A stretch of DNA of 64,000 nucleotides from Azolla caroliniana (lineage: Eukaryota > Plantae > Polypodiophyta). The stretch spans positions 15,686,001 through 15,750,000 of the forward strand of contig JBHGNT010000020.1 in the NCBI GenBank assembly GCA_043228905.1. Direction: 5' to 3'. The translations under genes and the position numbers were made by a program. Shown here in pieces: positions 47,635 through 59,500 of this stretch. Numbering within the stretch: the stretch's first letter is position 1; the number at the start of each line of letters is the position of its first letter. The notes under the pieces were generated by a model that was given only the letters and a program-made list of their open reading frames with translations, did no database searches and was not told the DNA's origin.

Positions 47635-50600
47635 AAAACTTAGGTCGAGAGACATGAAGAAATCAGTAAATTTAAGGAGGGAGTTGAGAAGAGCTCATTA
47701 GTAAATGAAAATGTTCATACCTGGCTCGTCTAATATCAGATTTTGGTATTCAAACATGCGAATTGAAGCTAACAATGCTAGCTAGGATATGGTATTGAAA
47801 AAACAAGATTTTAAAACTCAGGTCAAGAGACATGAAGAAATTAGCAAATTTGGGGAGGGAGTTGAGAAGATCCTGTGAGTAAATTAAAATGTTCATACCT
47901 GGCTTGTGTGATATCGGATTTTGAGGTTCAAACATGTAAATCGAAGCTCACAACGCTGCCTTTCACATGGAATTAAAAAATCAAGATTTTGAAACTCAGG
48001 TCGAGAAAAATGAGGGAATTAGCAAATTTAAGGAGGGGGTTGAGTAGAGCCGGTGAGTAAATTAAAATGTTCATATTTGGCTCCTATGATATTGGATTGT
48101 TGTGTTCAAACATGCGAATCGACGCTAACAACGCTAGCTATGATATGTAACTAAAAAATCAAAATTTTGAAACTCAGGTCGAGAGACATGAGGAAATTAG
48201 CAAATTTGAGGAGGGAGTTGAGAAGAGCTTATTAGTGGATAAAAGTGTTCACACTTGCCTCGTGTGATATCGGATTTTTGTGTTCAAACATGCGAATCGA
48301 AGCTAACAAAGCTAGCTAGGATATGGTATTGAAAAAACAAGATTTCAAAACTCAGGTCGAGAGACATGAACAAATTAGCAAATTTTAGGAGGGAGTTGAG
48401 AAGAACCCGTGAGGAAATTAAAATGATCATACCTGGCTCGTTTGATATCGGATTTATTTTTTCAAACATGTGAATCGAAGCTAACAACTCTAGCTTTGAC
48501 GTGGAATTAAAAAATCAAGATTTTGAAACTCAAGTCGAGAGATATGAAGAAATTAGCAAATTTAAAGAGGGAGTTGAGACGAGCCCGTGAGTAAATTTAA
48601 ATATTTATATTTTGCTCGTGTGATATCGGATTTTTGTGTTCAAACATGCGAATCGAAGCTAACAACGCTAGCTATGATATGTAACTTAATAATTAAGATT
48701 TTAAAACTTAGGTCGAGAGACATGAAGAAATCAGCAAATTTGAGGAGGGAGTTGAGAAGAGCTCATTAGTAAATGAAAATGTTCATACCTGGCTCGTGTG
48801 ATATCGGATTTATGTGTTCAAACATGAGAATTGAAGCTAACAACTCTAGCTTTAACATGGAGTTAAAAAACCAAGATTTTGAAACTTAGGTCGAGAGACA
48901 TGAGAAAATTAGCAAATTTGAGGAGGGAGTTGAGCAGAGCCGGTGAGTAAATTAAAATGTTCATATTTGGCTCGTTTGTTATCGGATTTTTGTGTTCAAA
49001 CATGCGAATCAAAGTTAACAACGCTAGCTATGATATGTAACTAAAAAAATTAAGATTTTAAAACTTAGGTCGAGAGACATGAAGAAATCAGCAAATTTGA
49101 GGAGGGAGTTGAGAAGAGCTCATTAGTAAATGAAAATGTTCATAGCTGACTCGTGTGATATCGGATTTTTGTTTTCAAAGATGCGCATAGAAGCTAACAA
49201 AGCTAGCTAAGATATGGTATTGAAAAAATAAGATTTTAAAACTCAGGTCGAGAGACATGAACAAATTAGCAAATTTGAGGAGGGAGTTGAGAAGAGCCCG
49301 TGAGGAAATTAAAATGATCATACCTCGCTCCCGTGATATCGGATTTTTGTGTTCAAACATGCGAATCGAAGCTGACAACTCTAGTTTTGACATGTAGTTA
49401 AAAAATCAAGATTTTGAAACTCAGGTCAACAGACCTGAAGAAATTAGCAAATTTGAGAAGGGAGTTGAGAAGAGCCCGTGAGTAAATTAAAATATTCATA
49501 CGTGGCTCGTGTGATATCTGATTTTGGTGCTCAAACATGTAAATCGAAGCTCACAACGCTATCTTTGAAACCCAAGTCGAGAGACATGAGGAAATTAGCA
49601 AATTTGAGGAGGGAGTTGAGAAGAGGCGGTGAGTAAATTAAAATGTTCATATTGGGCTCGTATGATATCGGATTTTGTTGTTTAAACGTGCGAATCGAAG
49701 CTAACGATGCTAGCTAGGATATGCTATTGAAAAAACAAGATTTTAAAACTCAGGTCAAGAGAGATGAAGAAATTAGCAAATTTGAGGAGGGAGTCGAGAA
49801 GAGCCGTGAGTAAATTAAAATGGTCATACCTGGCTCGTGTGATATCGGATTTTTGTGTTCAAACATGCGAATCGAAGCTAACAAAGCTAGCTAGGATATG
49901 GTATTGAAAAGATAAGATTTTAAAACTTAGGTCGACAGACATGAAGAAATTAGCAAATTTGAGGAGGGAGTTGAGAAAAGCCCGTGAGGAAATTAAAATG
50001 ATCATACCTCTTTCGTGTGATATCGGATTTTTGTGTTCAAATATGCAAATCGAACCTAACAAAGCTAGCTTTGACGTGGATTTAAAAAATCAAGATTTTG
50101 AAACTCAGGTCGAGAGACATGAAGAAATTAGCAAATTTGAGGAGGGAGTTGAGAAGAGCCCGTGATCAAATTAAAATGTTCATACCTGGCTCGTGTGATA
50201 TCGGATTTTTGTGTTCATACAGGCGAATCGAAGCTAACAATGCTAGCTATGATATGGAATGAAAAAATCAAGATTTTGAATCTTAGATCGAGAGAAATAA
50301 AGAAATTAGCAAATTTGAGGAGGGAGTGGAGAAGAGCCCGGGAGTAAATTAAAATGGTCATACCTGGCTCGTGTGATATCGGATATTTGTGTTCAAACAT
50401 GCGAAATGAAGCTAACAAAGCTAGCTATGATCTGGAATTAAAATATCAAGATTTTGAAACTCAGGTCGAGAGACATGAAGAAATTAGCAAATTTGAGGAG
50501 GGAGTGGAGAAGAGCCCGGGAGTAAATTAAAATGGTCATACCTGGCTCGTGTTATATCGGATATTTGTGTTCAAACATGCGAATCGAAGCTAACAAAGCT

Positions 50601-53600
50601 AGCTATGATATGGAATTAAAAAATTAGGATTTTGAAGCTCAGGTCGACAGACATGAAGAAATTAGCAAATTTGAGGAGGGAGTTGAGAAGAGCCTGTGAG
50701 TAAATTAAAATGTTCATACATGGCTTGTGTGATATCGGATTTTTGTGTTCAAACATGCGTATCGATGCTCACAACGCTAGCTATGATAAGCAATTAAAAA
50801 ATCAAGATTTTGAAACTCAGGTAGAGAGACATGAAGAAATTAGCAAATTTGAGGATGGACTCGAGAAGAGCCCGTGAGTAAATTAAAATGGTCATACCTG
50901 GCTCCTGTGATATCAGATTTCTGTGTTCAAAGATGCGAATCGAAGCTAACAAAGCTAGCTATCATATGGAATTAAAAAATCAAGATTTTGAATCTCAGAA
51001 CGAGGGAAATAATGAAATTAGCAAATTTAAGGAGGGAGTTGAGAAGAGCCCGTGATTAAATTAAAATGTTCATACCTGGCTCGTGTGAAATTGGATTTTT
51101 CTGTTCATACATTCGAATCGAAGCTAAAAGTGCTAGCTATGATATGAAATGAAAAAATCAAGATTTTGAATCTCAGATCGAGAGAAATAAAGAAATTAGC
51201 AAATTTGAGGAGGGAGTGGAGAAGAGCCCGGGAGTAAATTAAAAAGGTCATACCTGGCTCGTCTGATATCGGATTTTTGTGTTCAAACATGCGAATCGAA
51301 GCTAACAAAGCTAGCTATGATATGGAATTAAAAAATTACGATTCTAAAGCTCAGGTCGAGAGACATGAAGAAATGAGCAAATTTGAGGAGGGAGTTGAGA
51401 AGAGCTTGTGAGTAAATTAAAATGTTCATACATGGCTTGTGTGATATCGGATTTTTGTGTTAAAACATGTGTATGGAAGCTCACAACGCTAGCTATGATA
51501 AGCAATTAAAAAATCAAGATTTTGAAACTCAGGTCGAGAGACATGAAGAAATTAGTAAATTTGAGGATGGACTCGAGAAGAGCCCGTGAGTAAATTAAAA
51601 TGTTCATACATGGCTTGTGTGATATCGGATGTTTGTGTTGAAACATGCGAATCGAAGCTAACAAAGCTCGCGATGATATAGAATTAAAAAATCAAGATTT
51701 TGAAACTCCGATCGAAGGACACGAAGAAATTAGCAAATTTGAGGAGGGACTTGAGAAGAGCCCGTGAGTAAATTAAAATGGTCATACCAAGTTCCTGTGA
51801 TATCGGATTTCTGTGTTCAAATATGCAAATCGAAGCTAACAAAGCTAACTATGATATGGAATTAAAAAATCAAGATTTTGACACTCAGGTTGAGAGACAT
51901 GAAGAAATTAGCAAATTTGAGGAGGGAGTTGAGAAGAGCCCGTGATTAAATTAAAATGTTCATACCTTTCTCGTGTGATATCGGATTTTTGTGTTCAAAC
52001 ATGCAAATCGAAGCTAACAAAGCTAGCTATGATATGGAATTAAAAAAACAAGAATTTGAAACTCACGTCGAGAGAAATGACGAAATTAGAAAATTTGAGG
52101 AGTGAGTTTATAAGAGACATGAAGAGACATGGAATTAAAATGTTCATACCTGGCTCGTGTGATATCGGATTTTTGTGTTCAAACATGCGTACCGAAGCTA
52201 AGATTGCTAGCTATGTTATGGAATTAAAAAATCAAGATTTTGAATCTAAGGTCGAGAGACATGAAGAAATTAGTAAATTTGAGGAGGGACATGAGAAGAG
52301 CCCGTGAGTAAAGTAAAATGTTCATACCTGGCTCGTGTAATATCGGATTTTTGTGTTCAAATATGCAAATCGAAGCTAACAAAGCTAGCTATGATATAGA
52401 ATTAAAAAATCAAGATTTTGAAACTCAGGTCAAGAGACATGAAGAAATTAGCAAATTTAAGCAAGAACTTCAGAAGAGCCTGTGAGTAAATTAAAATGTT
52501 CATACCTGGCTCGTGTGATATCGGATTTTTGTGTTCAAACGTGCGTATTGAAACTCACGACGCTAGCTATGATAAGCAATTAAAAAATCAAGATTTTGAA
52601 ACTCAGGTCGAGAGACATGAAGAAATTAGCAAATTTGAGGATGGACTCGAGAAGAGCCTGTGAGTAAATTAAAATGGTCATACCTGGCTATGATATGGAA
52701 TTAAAAAATTTAAGATTTTGAAGCTCAGGTCGAGAGACATGAAGAAATTAGCAAATTTGAGGAGGGAGTTGAGAAGAGCCTGTGAGTAAATTAAAATGTT
52801 CATACATGGGTTGTGGGATATCGTCTTTTTGTGCTAAAACATGCGTATGGAAGCTCACAACGCTAGATATGATAAGCAATTAAAAAATCCAGATTTTGAA
52901 ACTCAGGTCGAGAGACATGAAGAAATTAGCAAATTGGAGGATGGACTCGAGAAGAGCCTGTGAGTAAATTAAAATGGTCATACCTGGCTATTATATGGAA
53001 TTAAAAAATTAAGATTTTGAAGCTCAGGTCGAGAGACATGAAGAAATTAGCAGATTTGAGGAGGGAGTTGAGAAGAGCTTGTGAGTAAATTATAATGTTC
53101 ATACATGGCTTGTGTGATATCGGATTTTTGTGTTAAAACATGCGTATGGAAGCTCACAACGCTAGATATGATAAGCAATTAAAAAATCAAGATTTTGAAA
53201 CTCAGGTCGAGAGACATGAAGAAATTAGCAAATATGAGGATGGACTCGAGAAGAGCCTGTGAGTAAATTAAAATGTTCATACATGGCTCATGTGATATCG
53301 GATTTTTGTGTTCAAACATTCAAATCGAAGGTAACAAAGCTAGCTATGATATGGAATTAAAAAATCAAGATTTTGAAACTCAGGTTGGGAGACATGAAGA
53401 AATTAGCAAATTTGAGGAGGGACATGAGAAGAGCCTGTGAGTAAATTAAAATGTTCATACCTGCCTCGTTTGATATCGGATTTTTGTGTTCAAACATGTG
53501 TATTGAAACTCACAATGCTAGAAAAAGTTTTGGTTCTTTGTCTATTCATATCCGCCGGCATCTGGCTTTTTTTACAAGTCAGCAACAGAATTGATGACTT

Positions 53601-55915
53601 CATTGATTCGCGCTAACATTTCTAAAAATGTAATGGATAACTTAGGAAATTTTTTTTTTAGCTTCGGATCCAACTTCTGTCCAATAAAAGCCTATGGTAA
53701 GCAGTTAAAAAATCAAGATTTTGAAACTCAGGTCGAGAGACATGAAGAAATTAGCAAATTTGAGGAGGGACTTGAGAAGAGCCCGTGAGTAAATTAAAAT
53801 GGTCATACCAAGTTCCTGTGATATCGGATTTCTGTGTTCAAATATGCAAATCGAAGCTAACAAAGCTAGCTATGATATGGAATTAAAAAAACAAGATTTA
53901 TGAAACATAGGTCGAGAGACATGAAAAAATTGGCAAATTTGAGGAGGGAGTTGAGAAGAGCCCGTGATTAAATTAAAATGTTCATACCTGGCTCGTCTGA
54001 TATCGGATTTCTATGTTAAAACATGCGTATGGAAGCTCACAACGCTAGCTATGATAAGCAATTAAAAAATCAAGATTTTGAAACTCAGGTCGAGAGACAT
54101 GAAGAAATTACCAAATTTGAGGATGGACTCGAGAAGAGCCTCTGAGTAAATTAAAATGTTCATACCTGGCTCGTGTGATATCAGATGTTTGTGTTGAAAC
54201 ATGCGAATCGAAGCTAACAAAGCTAGCTATGATATGGAATTAAAATATCAAGATTCTGAAACTCAGATCGACAGACATGAAGAAATTAGCAAATTTGAGG
54301 AGGGACTGGAGAAGAGCCCGTGAGTAAATTAAAATGGTCATACCAAGTTCCTGTGATATCGGATTTCTGTGTTCAAATATTCAAATCGAAGCTAACAAAG
54401 CTAGCTATGATCTGGAATTAAAAAATCAAGATTTTGAAACTCAGGTCGAGAGACATGAAGAAATCAGCAAATTTGAGGAGGGAGTGGAGAAGAGCCCGTG
54501 AGTAAATTAAAATGGTCATACCTGGCTCGTGTGATATCGGATATTTGTGTTCAAACATGCGAATCGAAGCTAACAAAGCTAGCTATGATATGGAATTAAA
54601 AAATTAAGATTTCGAAGCTCAGGTCGAGAGACATGAAGAAATTAGCAAATTTGAGGAGGGAGTTGAGAAGAGCCTGTGAGTAAATTAAAATGTTCATACA
54701 TGGCTTGTGTGATATCGGATTTCTGGGTTCAAAAATGCGAATCGAAGCGAACAAAACTAACTACGATATGGAATTAAAAAATCAAGTTTTTGAAACTCAG
54801 GTCGAGAGACATGAAGAAATTAGCAAATTTGAGGATGGACTCGAGAAGAGCCTGTCAGTAAATTAAAATGTTCATACCTGGGTCTTGTGATATCGGATTT
54901 TTGTGTTCAAACATGCGTATCGAAGCTAACAATGCTAGCTATGGTAAGCAATTAAAAAATCAAGATTCTGAAGCTCAGGTCGAGAGACATGAAGAAATTA
55001 GCAAATTTCAGGAGGGAGTTGAGTAGAGCCTGTGAGTAAATTAAAATGTTCATACATGGCTTGTGTGATATCGGATTTTTGTGTTAAAACATGCGTATGG
55101 AAGCTCACAACGCTAGCTATGATAAGCAATTAAAAAATCAAGATTTTGAGACTCAGGTCGAGAGACATGAAGAAATCAGGAAATTTGAGGAGGAAGTGGA
55201 GAACAGCCCGTGAGTAAATTAAAATGTTCATACCTGGCTTGTGTGATATCGGATTTTTGTGTTCAAACATGCGTATTGAAACTCACAACGCTAGCTATGA
55301 GACATGAAGGAATTAGCAAATTTGAGCATGGACTCGAGAAGAGCCTGTGAGTAAATTAAAATGTTCATACCTGGCTCGTGTGATATTGGATTTTTGTGTT
55401 CAAACATTCAAATCGAAGCTAACAAAGCTAGCTACGATATGCAATTAAAAAATCAAGATTTTGAAACTCATATCAAGAGACATGAAGGGATTAGCAAATT
55501 TGAGGAGGGACTTGAGAAGAGCCCGTGAGTAAATTAAAATAGTCATACCTGCCTCGTGTGATATCGGATTTCTGTGTTCAAACATGCGTATTGAAACTCA
55601 CGACACTAGCTATGATAAGCAATTAAAAAATTAGGTTTTGAAACTCAGGTCGAGAGACATGAAGAAATTAGAAAATTTGAGGATGGACTCGAGAAGAGCC
55701 TGTGAGTTAATTAAAATGTTCATACCTGGCTCGTGTGATATCGGATTTTTGTGTTCAAACATTCAAATCGAAGCTAACAAAGCTAGCTATGATATGGAAT
55801 TAAAAAATCAAGATTTTGACACTCAGGTCGACAGACATGAAGAAATTAGCAAATTTGAGGAGGGACATGAGAAGAGCCCGTGAGTAAATTAAAATGTTCA
55901 TACCTGGCTCGTTTG
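47635..55915 (+). repeat. 178-bp satellite (intermediate subfamily to ~50150, then main subfamily)
   Basis: 178-bp periodicity. From 51910 onward it is colinear with base 1 onward. Confidence 0.96.
53522..53691. other. 170-bp non-satellite insertion (copy 2 of 1613-1781)
   Basis: Same site and sequence as copy 1, differing by one extra T and one C/G substitution. Confidence 0.9.
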
Positions 55916-56116
55916 TGTTGGGATTGCGGTCCCTCCGGATGGGATGTCCGGAGATGAATGACGGCAAGCCCGGAGACCGTTACGGAGCCGGATGATGAAG
56001 AGTACCCGGCTACGGAGCCGGATGATGAAGAGTACCCGGCTACGGAGCCGGATGATGAAGACCCCGGCTACGGAGCCGGATGATGTATGTACCCGGAGCG
56101 AGATCCGGATGCGGGG

Positions 56117-56200
56117 ACATATTTGTGAATATGTTTGCCAAGGGCCCTTGAGGCTATATTTGTAAATAGCCCGAAAGTCATATGCGTATAAATATGACTT
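56117..56200 (+). promoter_or_regulatory. LTR core promoter: TATAAAT embedded in a chain of short inverted repeats (present in all young LTRs)
   Basis: ACATATT-TGTG-AATATGT; GGCTAT-N8-ATAGCC; AAGTCATAT-GCGTATAA-ATATGACTT. Confidence 0.65.
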
Positions 56201-56598
56201 AGGGCAAACAGTTTTACTGTTGTTGCTCATTTTCTGTTTTTCCACTTAGAGGGAGCGAAGTGAGAGCAGCCGAGAGAGAGAGAGAGAGAGAGAGAAACGA
56301 AGAGGTCGACGCCTCTGTGTAATACCGCCGCCTGTGGCGAGGACAGCGAGCTCAAGGTCGTCGCCTTGCAGCTCGCCATTGTATGTTCCAGTGTATAGTG
56401 GTAGTTGGAGTCGTGCACTCCCGTGGTTTTTCCCGTTTAGGGTTTTCCACGTTATACCCTGTGTATTCATCTCTCTGTGTCTTTGTTTTTATTTTTCTGC
56501 TGCATTGATCCGTGTTGTCTCGGTTGTGGCCGAGAGGCGAAAGATTTGATAGCGTCAATTCTTTACAAAGTGGTATCAGAGCGACGATAACACAGAAG

Positions 56599-59500
56599 AT
56601 GGAAGGCGGCGGTAGCGGGCAGCCGGGAATGATGGTGCTGAATGCGCAGAATTACGCCGACTGGAAGATCAAGATGGAGGATCTTCTGATTGTTCGGGAC
56701 CTGTACGAACCGATTGACAGGTCGGAAATACCGAAGGGAGTACTTGAGTCGGAGTGGAAGCTCCTGAACCGGAAAGCAGTAGCGACGATCCAGCAATATG
56801 TCGATGTAAGTGTCCTGCAACATGTGGCGAACGATACGAACGCCTATGAGATGTGGAAGAAGCTGTCGGGCCTCTATGAGAGGAAGAATGCGTTGAACCG
56901 GACCTCCCTGATGAGAAAGATAGTGAACCTCAAGTACCGGGACGGCGAGAGTATGGTGGAACACGTAAGCACGTTCATGGGATTCGTGAACCAGCTTGCG
57001 GCGATCAAGTTCCCGTTGGAGGATGCAATGCAAGCCATCATCCTGATGTGTACATTGCCGGACAGCTGGGAGAATTTGGTGGTGACTCTCAGCACCTCCT
57101 GCACGGAAGACAACTTGTCCCTACAAACGGTAAAGACAAGTATTCTAAATGAAGAAGCGCGTCGGAGAGATAAAGAACCGGCCTCCGACTCGAAGGCGCT
57201 GCTTACCGAATCGGAACGGGGAAGACACTGGAACCGGAGTCCGCAAAGACGGGAGAAGTCGGGGACCCGGTCGCAGTCAAGAGGAAGACCCATTTGCTTC
57301 CACTGTGGGAAGCCGGGGCACTTCCGGAAGAATTGTCGGCATTACCGAAAGGACAACGGAGCCGACGACGCCGATTCGAAGAAGTCACCGGAGAGAAACG
57401 GTGCATACCGGGGAGCCACGGACCGGAGAGGTCCGGATCGGCGAGGGCAGGACCGGAAAGGAACGACGGCACTCGCGGCAAGTGAAGAAGAGATAATGCT
57501 CATTACCGAAGAGAGGGAGCTGAACCTTGCCGGCGTAGAGATGACCTGGGTGGTCGATTCCGGAGCGTCGTTCCACCTGACCCCGGAGAAGAAATACTTC
57601 TCATCTTACACAGCCGGTGAACATGGCTGTGTCCGGATGGGAAATGAAGGCACATGCCGGATTGCCGGCATAGGAGACGTGTGGCTGATGACATCAACCG
57701 GATGCAAGATGCTGCTGAAGGATGTGCGACACGTTCCGGAGGTCCGATTGAACCTGATCTCGGCCGGGAGGCTAGATGATGAAGGCTACACGGGTAGCAT
57801 CCGGAACGGTGTCATGAAGTTCAGCAAGGGGAGCCTGATAGTGGCTCGGGCCCGGAAGGTCAACACACTGTACCTGATGAATTCCCGGCTATGTCCGGAG
57901 GAGCTGAACGTGGCAGCCGACACTGCCGGTGAGCTGTGGCACAAGAGACTGTGCCACATGAGTGAGAAGGGGATGAAGAGGCTTGTAGAAGACAACCTCA
58001 TTCCAGTGAAGCATGTGCACCTGGAGAAGTGCACCGATTGCCTGGCCGGTAAGCAGAACCGAACCTCCTTCCACTCAAGGCCACCGACGAGACGTAGCGC
58101 ACCCTTGGAGCTGGTGCACACTGATGTGTGTCAGGTAGAAACGAAGTCACATGGCGGAGCCCAGTACTTCGTGACATTCATTGATGATCACAGCCGGAAG
58201 CTGTGGACGGCACCGTTGAAGACAAAGGACCAAGTGTTGTCCGTCTTCAGAGAACTCCACGCGAGAGTGGAAAGAGAATCCGGCAAGAAGCTGAAAGCGA
58301 TACGAGCGGATAACGGAGGGGAATACCGGGGGCAGTTCCAGGAGTACTGTCGCTCGAAGGGAATCCGGCTCGAGTTTACTGTGCCGAAGACGCCGGAACT
58401 GAACGGGCTGGCCGAGAGGATGAACCGGACCATAATGGAGAGGGTCCGGAGTATGCTAGCGCATGCGAAACTACCCAAGGGATTTTGGGCTGAGGCAATG
58501 TCGACGGCGACGTATGTGATAAATAGATCACCCTCAGTACCTTTGGACGGAGACACGCCGCAGAAAGTGTGGACCGGTAAGGAAGTGTCCTACCGGCATC
58601 TGAAGGTGTTCGGGTGTCTCACATACGTGCATGTGGCAAAGGACCGGAGAGGAAAGTTAGATCCAAAGACCCGGCCATGCATATTCCTCGGTTACGGCGA
58701 CGACGAGTTCGGCTACCGAGTATGGGACCCGGTCGACAAGAAGATATTCAGGAGTCGAGATATCATTTTCATGGAGGACAAGACGCTCGCCGACTCGGAG
58801 TCGGAGAAGAAGATGAAGAGCTCCAAGTCGACCGGTGAGGATAAACTCTACGAGGAGCAGTCCCGACCGGCAAGGGACCGGTTAACACTCGAAGACCCGG
58901 CCGAAGACGGTGAAGAAACAGAACCGGCTGAAGAAGATGAAAATGATACCGGAACCGGCCCCGATCCCGAAATGGATTCGGATGAAGAAGAAGAATCGGA
59001 AGAACCGGTTACCGAAGCTCCCGAACGGAGATATCCTCTAAGAGAGAGAAGGGCCCCCCGGAGATTTCCGGAACCAGAGCACGTGCTGCTAACCGACGAG
59101 GGGGAGCTGGAGAGCTTTGAAGAAGCAAAGCACGACACCCAGAGCCGCAGGTGGTTAAGTGCCATGCAGGACGAGATGGATTCCCTGCATGAGAACCACA
59201 CATATGAACTTGTGGAGTTGCCGAAAGGAAAGCGGGCACTTCGAAACAAGTGGGTGTTCAAGCTGAAACCGGGAGATGCCGGAAACCCCCCGAGATACAA
59301 AGCCCGGATCGTGGTGAAGGGGTTTCAGCAGAAGAAGGGCGTCGACTTCGACGAGATATTTGCCCCGGTAGTGAAGATGACCTCCATCCGGACGGTGCTG
59401 AGCATAGCGGCAAGCATGGACCTCGAGGTAGAACAGATGGACGTGAAGACGGCATTCCTTCACGGTGACCTCGAAGAAGAGATCTACATGCAGCAACCGG

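Noticed and set aside
56512-56598. N-terminal extension of the D polyprotein through the LTR and PBS
   Set aside because: Non-ATG start and not conserved among siblings, whose U5 sequences differ.
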